34,107 nucleotides of DNA, taken from assembly GCA_964490075.1 (NCBI GenBank), contig CAZBBK010000064.1, positions 1 to 34,107 of the forward strand. Reading direction: 5' to 3'. Shown in pieces: positions 1 through 8,385 of the stretch (position 1 is the stretch's first letter; the number at the start of each line of letters is the position of its first letter). This DNA comes from an uncultured Gemmatimonadota bacterium (GTDB taxonomy: Bacteria > GCA-2686955). Both the position numbers and the translations under genes were made by a program. The notes below the pieces were generated by a model. That model was not told the origin of the DNA. It searched no databases and was given only the letters and a program-made list of their open reading frames with translations.

Positions 1-248
1 AAGAGGGCCTGGCTCGCGAAGTCGTCAATCGCCTGCAGAACCTGCGCAAGGATCTCGACCTGGGCTACGTCGACCGGATCGCCGTGCACCTCGACGGCGA
101 CGCCGCGCTGCTGAACGCGGTCGATCGATTCCGCGACTACGTCGGCGGCGAGACCCTGGTGCGCACCTGGCTCGAAGCGCCGCGCGGCGAGATGCGCGAG
201 CTCGACGTCGACGGCATGACCCTGCGGATCGCGCTGGAGAAGGTGTAG
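1..248 (+). CDS. ileS: isoleucyl-tRNA synthetase (type 2), C-terminal fragment, 5'-truncated by the window edge
   Basis: Not in the ORF track. The frame from position 3 reads EGLAREVVNRLQNLRKDLDLGYVDRIAVHLDGDAALLNAVDRFRDYVGGETLV...RIALEKV, then TAG at 246-248. The EG-ARE-V-R-Q-LRK...DRI...ETL pattern is the C-terminal signature of type-2 IleRS. Confidence 0.88.
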   Translation, partial: EGLAREVVNRLQNLRKDLDLGYVDRIAVHLDGDAALLNAVDRFRDYVGGETLVRTWLEAPRGEMRELDVDGMTLRIALEKV

Positions 249-253
249 TCGCG

Positions 254-1909
254 GTGGCAGCCCGCGCGCCCTCACGAGACACCGGGAGCCTGCCGCGCGG
301 ATGCCGGGCGCTGATCGTGGCGGCGGTCCTCGCCACTGCCGCTCCGTCCCAGCCGGCGCAGCCCTCCGGGATCGACCAGATCCACCTCTCCTACCTGGGC
401 GACGCCCGCTACGCGTTGGCCTGGGCCTCGTCCAACCCCATCCCCAGCGCGCACGTGCGCTTCTGGGCCGGCGCCGAAGGGGAGCGGCGCGTGGCGAAGG
501 CCCAGACCTTCAGCTGGGGACGGCGCAATCGCAAGCGCAGCGGCCAGGTGGCGGTGCTGGACGAGCTCGGACCGGGGCTGCGGGTGGGCTACGTGGTGGC
601 CGACAGCTCGGGCGACCTAAGCGCGGCGCGCCAATTCCACACCGAGCCGCCGGCGGGCCAACCCTTCCGCCTCATCGCCTGGGGAGATCTGGGCACCCAC
701 GAAGCCTCCGCGAGCTCGGTCGCGATGGCGCTGGCCGACGCCCCCAGCCTTCTCCTTCACGCCGGCGACCTGGCCTACGCCGGAGGCGATCAGCGGATCT
801 GGGACCGCTGGTTTCGGATGATCGAGCCGCTGGCGGCGACCGTCCCCTACATGCCCGCCCCGGGCAATCACGAGTACGAGGGGCGCCGCGGCTGCGCCAC
901 CTACCGCGCCCGCTTCCACCTGCCGGGCAACGAGCGCTACTACTCCCTGGCCTGGGGCTCGGTCGACCTCGTCTTCCTCGACAGCGAGGAGGATCTCGCC
1001 CCCGGCTCGCCCCAGCACACCTTCCTCTCCGAGTCGTTGGCGCGCATCGACCTCGCCCCGGGCCGCTGGAAGATCGTGGTCCTGCACCGCCCCCTCTGGT
1101 CCTCCTCGCGGCACGGCTCGAACCGCCGCATCGCGCGCGCCCTCACCCCCCTCCTGCACCGCTACGACGTCGACCTGGTGCTCGCCGGACACGACCACAA
1201 CTTCGAGCGCGCCTGGCCCCTGTGGGGTCGCAAGGTGCTGCGCCCCTCGTCGGAGCGGAGCTGGGGATCGCTCGGCTTCGATCATCTGGTCACCGGCACC
1301 GCGGGGCGTCCGACCTACACGGGCGGCTACTCCGAGTTCACGGCTCACCAGGTCTCACGCATCCACTACACCCGCATCGAGGTCGCGGCCGAGGAACTGC
1401 GCATGGAAGCCGTCGCCGTGCCGGGCGGAGAGGTCTTCCATGCCTGGCAGATCGCCGCCCCCTGGAGCGACTGTCCCGCGCTGAGCATGGCGGCGGGCAT
1501 CCCCGACGGGCACGCTCGGCTACCGGCGCTGCGCCACCTACGCGATGAGATTCTCGCCCCGCTGCCGCGGGGGCAGGCGCTGGTCGGCGACTACTATCGC
1601 TTCGGTGCCGAGGCGATTCGGCTGCTCGAGGCCGATCCCTCGCGCGCGCGCGCCGCCGCCGCCTTGCTGGTGGAGATCGGCGAGGGCGTGGGGGCGAAGG
1701 GGGCGGACTGGGTGCCCGGAAAGGCCCTGAGGGCACGGGCCGCGGAGCTCGCGCGTCAGCTCGCCGCCGCGGCCTCGGCCGGTTTCGGGCCCCGGCTCGA
1801 CGCCCTGGCGCGTTCCCTCGACTCGGCCCCGGCGGACACCGATCTGGCTGGCCTCGCGAGTCGCATCGCTGCCGCCAGCGGGGCAAACGACGGCCCTCAA
1901 GTACCTTGA
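254..1909 (+). CDS. secreted purple acid phosphatase-family metallophosphoesterase (FN3-like N-domain, C-terminal CFI-box-CTERM-like region)
   Basis: All five PAP metal-ligand motifs are in order: GDLG, GDLAY, GNHE, VVLH, GHDH. Signal-peptide-like N-terminus (RALIVAAVLATAAPSQPA) and a QIHLSY-type FN3 start. GTG start 5 nt after the ileS stop; exact start uncertain. Confidence 0.9.
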   Translation: MAARAPSRDTGSLPRGCRALIVAAVLATAAPSQPAQPSGIDQIHLSYLGDARYALAWASSNPIPSAHVRFWAGAEGERRVAKAQTFSWGRRNRKRSGQVAVLDELGPGLRVGYVVADSSGDLSAARQFHTEPPAGQPFRLIAWGDLGTHEASASSVAMALADAPSLLLHAGDLAYAGGDQRIWDRWFRMIEPLAATVPYMPAPGNHEYEGRRGCATYRARFHLPGNERYYSLAWGSVDLVFLDSEEDLAPGSPQHTFLSESLARIDLAPGRWKIVVLHRPLWSSSRHGSNRRIARALTPLLHRYDVDLVLAGHDHNFERAWPLWGRKVLRPSSERSWGSLGFDHLVTGTAGRPTYTGGYSEFTAHQVSRIHYTRIEVAAEELRMEAVAVPGGEVFHAWQIAAPWSDCPALSMAAGIPDGHARLPALRHLRDEILAPLPRGQALVGDYYRFGAEAIRLLEADPSRARAAAALLVEIGEGVGAKGADWVPGKALRARAAELARQLAAAASAGFGPRLDALARSLDSAPADTDLAGLASRIAAASGANDGPQVP

Positions 1910-1931
1910 CCCCAAGCGCTTTCCGCCGTAC

Positions 1932-1961
1932 TTGACGCTCGCCCCCGGTCCTGACTACGCT
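1932..1961 (+). promoter_or_regulatory. candidate sigma-70 promoter for the 698-aa hypothetical gene
   Basis: TTGACG (1932-1937), 18-nt spacer, TACGCT (1956-1961), in the intergenic gap. Confidence 0.45.
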
Positions 1962-2138
1962 TGGCCATTCGTCGTCACCTGCGCCTCGGATGCCCGGTGG
2001 ATCGCGGAACCCAGGCGCCTGCGCGCCGCCGTCGCGCTCCAGCGAGCGCGCGACCCATTCACGATCCGCGGCCGGGCGCGACGCCTTTCCACGCGATATC
2101 TTCCGTGCCCGCGGCCCGGATCACGTTGGGGACCAGAC

Positions 2139-4235
2139 ATGCCTGAGCCGGACACAGAGCTCGACGTACAGATCACAACGAAGGACATCGCCTACCTGCG
2201 CAAGGTCGTTGCCGACGTCGGCGAGCCGGTAGAGATCGACTACCTGGCCTCGAAGCTCCGCGAGCGGATCATCCGCACCCGCAAGGTCAACTTCGCCGAC
2301 CGCTTGATCAAGGTCTACGACCCGGCCAACGACTACGACGTGGGCGATCATATCTTCCGCCACTTCGGCAAGGTGCGCACCTCACTGCGCCGCAACGTCG
2401 ACTTCAACGACTACGCCGAGGGCGAGGTCTACGAGAAGATCCTGCAGCCGGAACGCGACTACGACCTGATCTGCGTCGACTGGCAAGACCCGCTCCTGAA
2501 GCGCCAGGCCAAGTTCCTCACCAAGTCCGGCGCGCAGCAGTACCTGCCGGTTCGCTACGGGCGCGCCAAGCGCATCGTGACCCGCTACCTGGGCCCCGAT
2601 AAGACCGAGCGCAAACGCGACGAGGTGATCGAGCAATACCGAGACAACCTGCTGCGCCAGATCCGCGGCAAAGTGATCCAGGATCTCTACGAGCAGCAGG
2701 AGTTCGTCACCTGGGGACCGCTCTGGTACCTGATCGACCTGCTCGAAGAGATCGAGTACGACGTGATCGAGCAGGCCGGCCAGATGCTGGAAGCGGGAGA
2801 CGGGGCGGTGCCGACCGAAGGAATCGTCAAGGAGGTGTTTCAACTCACCCCCGATTCGGCGCGCTTCCTGCACTTCCGCTTCTCGCTCAACTACATGATG
2901 GAGAACTTCTTCAGCGAGAACTTCTACTGCCTCTCTCACTTCGCCGGCGGAGCCTGGACCAGCCGCGCCAAAGTCCCCAAGGAGTTCGGCTCACGTCCCC
3001 TGCGCCTGTCCAGCGCCAAGGTGCCCGCCGAGATCTATCGCAAGGAGTTCAGCCTGCCGAATGAGCGCCTCGATGCCCGGCTGGCCGAGATCCTCCACGA
3101 AGAAGAGGAGAAGCTGGCGGGGAGGGTCGAAGGCGACACTCTGGTGCACGTCCTCACCTACAACGAGCTGGTGGGCGGCGTGCTCGACGTGGAGGACGAA
3201 GCATCGACTTTCTTCCCCGAAGACACCCGCATCGTCTTCACCTTCGACGAGCAGGAGTACGCCGCCACCTACCACTACGAAAGCGGCTTCATCGCCGGCC
3301 TGGGGGAGTGCTTCCTGAGCGCGCGCCTGGTTCCGGGCGCTATCTTGGAGATCCGCGGCACCGGTACGCCGACCCGTTTCGAGTTCGGATACGTGAAATC
3401 CGATCAGCATCTCACTTACCCGCAGCTCCAGTACAACGAAGATGCCGATCTGGTGCACGCGCTGCGTGGCACCGAGCGGGAGTGTGATTGCGAGATCGAG
3501 TCCCACGCTTTCATCCCCGCCAGCGACGTCGACCAGATCGAGCAGCTGCGCGGCCGTCTCAAGATCGACGCCAGCCTCTACGACGTGCTGGTGACACTGT
3601 TCCGGGAGTACCGCCCCTCGTTCCACCCGGTCACGCTGTGGCGCGCCACCAACATCATTCGCGCCGCCGATTTCCGCTCGGTGTTCTCGGCTCTGACGGC
3701 ATTCAAGAGCTTTTACCAGATCGACGACGAGGGAGTCGACGACTACCACCTGAGCCCCACGCAAATCGGCTACGGAAATATCAAGAAGGGTGTGTCGCAC
3801 GCCGACTTCATGCGCGCCGAGCGGCGTCCCGAGCACGCCGAAGCGCGCTTCTGTCGCCCCAAGACTTACATCGTCAACGTGGCGGAGAAGCACTGGAGCG
3901 TGGCCCGCGACTACCACCTGCTGCCGATTTCACACCAGACCGAGCACATCGAAATCCGGCGCCAGGACCGCGCCGTGGTGGTCGTCGAGGGCGAAATCCA
4001 GGCCGCGGTCCAGGTCGCATCCGCCAAAGAGCGCCTCAATCCGCAACTGCGCAAGAAGTTCGACCACGATGCATTCATCTCGTCGGTGGACGTGACGATC
4101 CTGGGCGAAGGAGCCTGCGACGACATCGAGATCTACCACGTGCCCGATCCGGGCGTGTTCGTGGAGCTCGAGGCCGAGACCTTCGAGGATCTGATGGCGC
4201 ACTACGACGAGGCGGTGGAGACGGTCGAGGCTTGA
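2139..4235 (+). CDS. uncharacterised 698-aa soluble multidomain protein with probable C-terminal EVE/PUA-like domain
   Basis: Strong GC3 coding bias starts at ATG 2139 (MPEPDTELDV); the upstream 69 codons of the ORF-track entry look non-coding. No signal peptide or TM segment. The C-terminus (KTYIVNVAEKHWSVAR...IRRQDRAVVVVEGEIQAAVQV...FVELEAETFEDL) follows the EVE-domain pattern. CDS is secure; the domain call is tentative. Confidence 0.8.
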   Translation: MPEPDTELDVQITTKDIAYLRKVVADVGEPVEIDYLASKLRERIIRTRKVNFADRLIKVYDPANDYDVGDHIFRHFGKVRTSLRRNVDFNDYAEGEVYEKILQPERDYDLICVDWQDPLLKRQAKFLTKSGAQQYLPVRYGRAKRIVTRYLGPDKTERKRDEVIEQYRDNLLRQIRGKVIQDLYEQQEFVTWGPLWYLIDLLEEIEYDVIEQAGQMLEAGDGAVPTEGIVKEVFQLTPDSARFLHFRFSLNYMMENFFSENFYCLSHFAGGAWTSRAKVPKEFGSRPLRLSSAKVPAEIYRKEFSLPNERLDARLAEILHEEEEKLAGRVEGDTLVHVLTYNELVGGVLDVEDEASTFFPEDTRIVFTFDEQEYAATYHYESGFIAGLGECFLSARLVPGAILEIRGTGTPTRFEFGYVKSDQHLTYPQLQYNEDADLVHALRGTERECDCEIESHAFIPASDVDQIEQLRGRLKIDASLYDVLVTLFREYRPSFHPVTLWRATNIIRAADFRSVFSALTAFKSFYQIDDEGVDDYHLSPTQIGYGNIKKGVSHADFMRAERRPEHAEARFCRPKTYIVNVAEKHWSVARDYHLLPISHQTEHIEIRRQDRAVVVVEGEIQAAVQVASAKERLNPQLRKKFDHDAFISSVDVTILGEGACDDIEIYHVPDPGVFVELEAETFEDLMAHYDEAVETVEA

Positions 4236-4395
4236 TGAGGGGTTCTTCGCGGCTTGGTCGCGGCGGATTATGGCGTGGTGCTCCCCTGGACACTGCGCTA
4301 CGCTGCGCCCCGCGATGCTCGATCCTTCCTCCTCAACCGAGGCGGAGCCGGCGCGCTCCTCCGGCCGATTGACCCGCCCGAGCCCGCACAGCCAG

Positions 4396-4983
4396 ATGTC
4401 CGCTAACCTCTCGCGAGCACTGCACGTCGTCTACGAGATCGCCGCGCTCGGCGCTCTGTGGCTTGCCTTTTCGGGCAAGCTCGATGCGCTCCACCTTTCC
4501 TTCGGGCTGCTCTCGATCGCGCTCGTGGTGCTGATGACCCTCACTCTGATCGTGTCGCTCTCGAACCCCGACGAGAACGAGAGCGTGGCACGAATGCGCC
4601 TCGCGAGAGCGATCGCCTATCCCTTCTGGCTCGCCTGGCAGATCTTCGTCGCCAATCTCCAAGTCGCGCGCATGATCTTGAGCCCCAAGCTGCCGATCTC
4701 GCCCGCCCTGCTTCGCTTCCGGGCCGCTCTGCCCGGCGCCCTGCCCAAGGTCATTCTCGGCAACTCGATCACCCTGACCCCGGGCACTTTCACCCTGGAC
4801 ATCCAGGGCGATGAGTTCCTCGTGCACGCCATCTCGCTGCAGACGGCGCAGGGAGTGATCGACGGCTCGATGCAGCGCAAGGTCGCCGCGCTCTTCGGCG
4901 CCGAGCTCGACCCCGAGGCCGGCGTGCAGGCTTCGCTCACCATCGCCAAACCCCGCTGGAGGGCCGCGCCGTGGACTACGTGA
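4396..4983 (+). CDS. mrpE: Mrp/Mnh Na+/H+ antiporter subunit E
   Basis: LWLAFSG N-terminal TM, ANLQVARMIL, P-ISP and the NSITLTPGT signature. Start moved to ATG 4396. Confidence 0.93.
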   Translation: MSANLSRALHVVYEIAALGALWLAFSGKLDALHLSFGLLSIALVVLMTLTLIVSLSNPDENESVARMRLARAIAYPFWLAWQIFVANLQVARMILSPKLPISPALLRFRAALPGALPKVILGNSITLTPGTFTLDIQGDEFLVHAISLQTAQGVIDGSMQRKVAALFGAELDPEAGVQASLTIAKPRWRAAPWTT

Positions 4984-5243
4984 TCGCGCTGCTCGCGCTC
5001 ATCATCGCGGTGGCGATGCTGCTGCCCTTCTATCGAGTCATCAAGGGCCCCACGGTCTTCGACCGGATGATCGGCGTGGGGGTGATCGGCACCAAGACCG
5101 TCATTCTGATCTGTCTGACCGGCTTCGCCTTCGGGCGCCTGGAAATGTTCATCGACATCGCCATTGCCTACGCGATGCTGAATTTCCTCGGATCGATCGT
5201 GATCGCCAAATATCTCGAGACCTCGCCGGAGGGCAGCCAGTGA
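4971..5243 (+). CDS. mrpF: Mrp/Mnh antiporter subunit F
   Basis: YRVIKGPTVFDR motif, DIAIAYAMLNF, three TM helices, 90 aa. Confidence 0.95.
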   Translation: MDYVIALLALIIAVAMLLPFYRVIKGPTVFDRMIGVGVIGTKTVILICLTGFAFGRLEMFIDIAIAYAMLNFLGSIVIAKYLETSPEGSQ

Positions 5244-5548
5244 TCTACCTCGGGCTGATTCTGCTCTTCGCCGGCGCGCTCTTCGTGCTGATCGGAAGCA
5301 TCGGGGTGATCCGCCTGCCGGACTTCTACACTCGCACCCACGCCGCCAGCAAGCCCGACACTCTGGGTCTGGTGCTCAGCATGTCCGGACTGGCGCTCAT
5401 ACAAGGCGCCGACCTGAACAGCATCAAGCTATTGCTCATCGTGGCCTTCGTCGCCATCGCCAATCCGGCCGCCGCGCACGCTCTGGGGCGCGCCGCGATG
5501 CGCGCCGGGCTGGAGCCCTGGACCGCGGCAAGGAGCCGACGACGATGA
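5240..5548 (+). CDS. mrpG: Mrp/Mnh antiporter subunit G
   Basis: G-IRLPDFYTRTHAASK-DTLG signature and NPAAAHALGRAA. GTGA overlap with mrpF. Confidence 0.95.
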   Translation: MIYLGLILLFAGALFVLIGSIGVIRLPDFYTRTHAASKPDTLGLVLSMSGLALIQGADLNSIKLLLIVAFVAIANPAAAHALGRAAMRAGLEPWTAARSRRR

Positions 5549-5790
5549 TCTCGCAAATCAGTGGTTTGCTCTTCGTGCTGGCCATCGTGGCGGCAATCGT
5601 CTCGCTCAGCGCCAAGGATCTGCTGGCGGCGGCCGCCTCGCTTTCAGTCTTCAGCTTTCTCACCGCGCTGCTCTACATTGCGCTCGGCGCGGTCGACGTC
5701 GGCTTCAACGAAGCCGTACTCGGCGCCGGTGTCACCGGAGTACTGTTGGTAGTAGCAGTGTTCCATACGCAGCGGAGGTCGGTCGATTGA
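5545..5790 (+). CDS. DUF4040-type small Mrp subunit (split MrpA C-terminal / MnhB-related)
   Basis: KDLLAAA...ALLY-ALGAVDVGFNEAVLGAGVTG matches the A-DVA-TEA-VGAG motif. ATGA overlap with mrpG. Confidence 0.9.
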   Translation: MISQISGLLFVLAIVAAIVSLSAKDLLAAAASLSVFSFLTALLYIALGAVDVGFNEAVLGAGVTGVLLVVAVFHTQRRSVD

Positions 5791-6527
5791 AGAAGACTTC
5801 GATCGCCGTCCTGTTGCTGCTCGCCGCGGTGTTGCTGGCCGCCGGTCGCGGGCTGCCCCTGTTCGGCGATCCGCACTCGCCCGCCGCAGAGCACGTGTCG
5901 GATCACTATATCGAGCACGCCTACCACGACGCACATACGCCGAACTTCGTCACCGTGATGATCGCCGACTACCGGAGCTTCGACACTCTGGGCGAGACCA
6001 TGGTGGTATTCGCCGCCGGCATGGCCTGTCTGTTGCTGCTGCGCGGGCATATACGTCGCGGCGATCGCGGCAAGCCGGCCCGGATCGTACACCGCAACGA
6101 CAGCATCATCGTCGACCTAGTGACCCGCATCATGGTTCCGGTGATTCAGATCTTCGCGCTCTACGTGGTCTTTCACGGTCACTACAGCCCCGGGGGAGGA
6201 TTCCAGGGCGGTGCGCTGATCGCCGGCAGCGTGCTGCTGGCGCGCGTGGTCTTCGGTCGGGACCGCTCGCGCCCGATCTTCCCGGCATCCTGGGGCACGC
6301 CGATCGGTGTGCTGGGACTCGGGATCTTCCTTGGCGTCGGCGTGGTCGCCATGATCTGCGGAGGGTCGGAGCTGCAGTACGATCACCTGCCTCTGGGACT
6401 GGCTCCCGACATGCTGCGCAACTGGGGCATCCTCTTCGTCGAGATCGGTGTGGCTTTCGCGGTCATGGCGACACTGGTGTCGATCTTCGATGATCTGTCG
6501 GGAGAGAGCGAGGATCCGGCGCGATGA
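5787..6527 (+). CDS. mrpB: Mrp/Mnh antiporter subunit B (MrpA_C/MbhE-like domain fused to MnhB domain)
   Basis: PNFVTVMIADYRSFDTLGE followed by HGHYSPGGGFQGG. TTG start in a TTGA overlap. Confidence 0.93.
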   Translation: MKKTSIAVLLLLAAVLLAAGRGLPLFGDPHSPAAEHVSDHYIEHAYHDAHTPNFVTVMIADYRSFDTLGETMVVFAAGMACLLLLRGHIRRGDRGKPARIVHRNDSIIVDLVTRIMVPVIQIFALYVVFHGHYSPGGGFQGGALIAGSVLLARVVFGRDRSRPIFPASWGTPIGVLGLGIFLGVGVVAMICGGSELQYDHLPLGLAPDMLRNWGILFVEIGVAFAVMATLVSIFDDLSGESEDPAR

Positions 6528-6904
6528 TCGACCTGTTCATCGGCCGCTGGCCGTACGTTCTCACGGTCGTGCTGATGTTGATCGGCCTGTACGGAATGCT
6601 GGTCAAGCAGAACTTCCTCAAGAAGTTGATCGGCATGAACATCTTTCAAGGCGCGATCATCCTGTTCTTCATCGTGCATGCCTTCAAGTGGCGCGCGTCG
6701 GTGCCGATTCATGACCACCATCTCGGCGCTGTCGCCCGTGCCTACATCAATCCGATCCCGCACGGCTTGATGCTCACGGCGATCGTGGTTTCGGTGGCGA
6801 CGACCGGGGTAGGCCTGGCGCTCTTGATCCGCATCTTCCGTACCTATGGCACGCTGGAAGAGCCAGAGGTTTTGGAACGGATGCAGGCCCGGAGACGTCC
6901 GTGA
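6524..6904 (+). CDS. mrpC: Mrp/Mnh antiporter subunit C
   Basis: GLYGML-KQNFLKKLIGMNIFQ and NPIPHGLMLTAIVVSVA signatures. ATGA overlap. Confidence 0.95.
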   Translation: MIDLFIGRWPYVLTVVLMLIGLYGMLVKQNFLKKLIGMNIFQGAIILFFIVHAFKWRASVPIHDHHLGAVARAYINPIPHGLMLTAIVVSVATTGVGLALLIRIFRTYGTLEEPEVLERMQARRRP

Positions 6905-8382
6905 CCGAGAGCCCCTTGCCGGTTCTGATCCCGCTCTTGATGCTGGGTGGCGCGCTCGTCACCGTGACGGCGGGGTCGTTGCTCAAGCAATTCGCCTGGC
7001 CGATCGCGCTGGTAACGTTGTCACTTTCGACGGCAGTGGCAATCGAGCAGCTCTTGACGGTGCTCGCGGATGGACCGCTGATCCACCAGCTGGGTGGCTG
7101 GGCGCCCCCGATCGGCATCGCTTTCGTGGTCGACTCGCTCAACGCCTTCATCGTGACCGTAGTGGTCGCCATTCCGCTCCTGGTCTTGCTCTACGCACGA
7201 GATTCCGTGCGCAAGGAGACACCAGAGGAAGAGGTGGCGTTTTTCACGTTGCTCCAGGTGTTGCTCTTGGGGCTGACCGGCATGGTGCTGACCGGGGACC
7301 TGTTCAACCTCTACGTGTTCTTCGAAATCAGCTCGCTCGCCGGCTACTCCCTGGTGGCCCGCGGCAGCCACGCGGCTCCGGTGTCGGCTTTTCGCTATCT
7401 TCTGTTGGGAAGTCTCGGGGCGTCGTTCTACCTGATGGGCGTCGGCTATCTGTACGTGCTCACCGGAAGCCTGAACATGGGCGACGTGAGCCGCATCTTG
7501 CCGGGCCTGATCGGCAACCCCGCTCTGACGGTCGCCATGGCGATGATGGTCGCGGGGCTCGGCTTGAAGATGGCCCTCTTCCCCCTTCACGGCTGGCTGC
7601 CCGATGCCTACACCCATGCCTCCAGCGCCGCCACCGCCATCATCGCGCCGGTGATGACCAAAGTCTCGGCCTACGTGCTGATCCGAATGCTCTTCTTCGT
7701 CTGCGACCCAGCTCTGCGGGCAGCCATCCCCCTCGGCACGGTGATCACCTGGCTGGCGGCGCTCGGGATCATCGTGGGCTCAGTCATGGCGATCGCCCAA
7801 AACGACGTCAAACGGATGCTCGCCTACAGCTCGGTGGCGCAGGTCGCCTATATCGGTGTCGGCATCGGCCTCGGCACGCCTCTGGCCCTGGTCGGAGCGA
7901 CACTTCATGTCCTCAGTCACGCCACCATGAAATCCTGCCTCTTCCTGGTCACCGGAAGTGTGCAGCTACAAACCGGGCGCCGCACGCTCCATTCCTACGA
8001 GGGACTCGGCAGGCTCATGCCCTGGACTTTCGCGGGCTTCACGCTGGCGGCCCTGGCCATGGTCGGCATCCCGCCCACGGCGGGCTTCTTCAGCAAATGG
8101 TACCTGGTGCTGGGCGGCATCGAGGCCGGCGAGTGGCCGGTGGTGCTGATCGTGGTCGCATCGAGCCTGCTGACCGCCGGCTACTTCTTCCGCCTGATCG
8201 AGAAGATCTACGCCAATCCCGCACCCTCGTTGCGCGCCTCCGACCCCGGATTGTTGGCGCGCATCCCGATCGTGGCGCTTGGCGCCGCGGTGCTGGTGCT
8301 GGGCATCGCCAACTTCTGGTTCGTGGGCGAGGTGCTGCAGCCGGCGCTCCTCCCTCAGACCCTCGCCCTCACCGGAATGTAG
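6901..8382 (+). CDS. mrpD: Mrp/Mnh antiporter subunit D (NuoM/N-like proton-conducting subunit)
   Basis: GGWAPPIGI, GDLFNLYVFFEI, KMALFPLHGWLPDAY, KRMLAYSSVAQ, GIPPTAGFFSKW. GTGA overlap. Confidence 0.95.
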   Translation: MTESPLPVLIPLLMLGGALVTVTAGSLLKQFAWPIALVTLSLSTAVAIEQLLTVLADGPLIHQLGGWAPPIGIAFVVDSLNAFIVTVVVAIPLLVLLYARDSVRKETPEEEVAFFTLLQVLLLGLTGMVLTGDLFNLYVFFEISSLAGYSLVARGSHAAPVSAFRYLLLGSLGASFYLMGVGYLYVLTGSLNMGDVSRILPGLIGNPALTVAMAMMVAGLGLKMALFPLHGWLPDAYTHASSAATAIIAPVMTKVSAYVLIRMLFFVCDPALRAAIPLGTVITWLAALGIIVGSVMAIAQNDVKRMLAYSSVAQVAYIGVGIGLGTPLALVGATLHVLSHATMKSCLFLVTGSVQLQTGRRTLHSYEGLGRLMPWTFAGFTLAALAMVGIPPTAGFFSKWYLVLGGIEAGEWPVVLIVVASSLLTAGYFFRLIEKIYANPAPSLRASDPGLLARIPIVALGAAVLVLGIANFWFVGEVLQPALLPQTLALTGM

Positions 8383-8385
8383 CGG

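Noticed and set aside
4236-4395. Possible Na+- or pH-sensing riboswitch upstream of the mrp operon
   Set aside because: No riboswitch consensus or terminator/antiterminator was recognised by eye. An Rfam scan would be needed.
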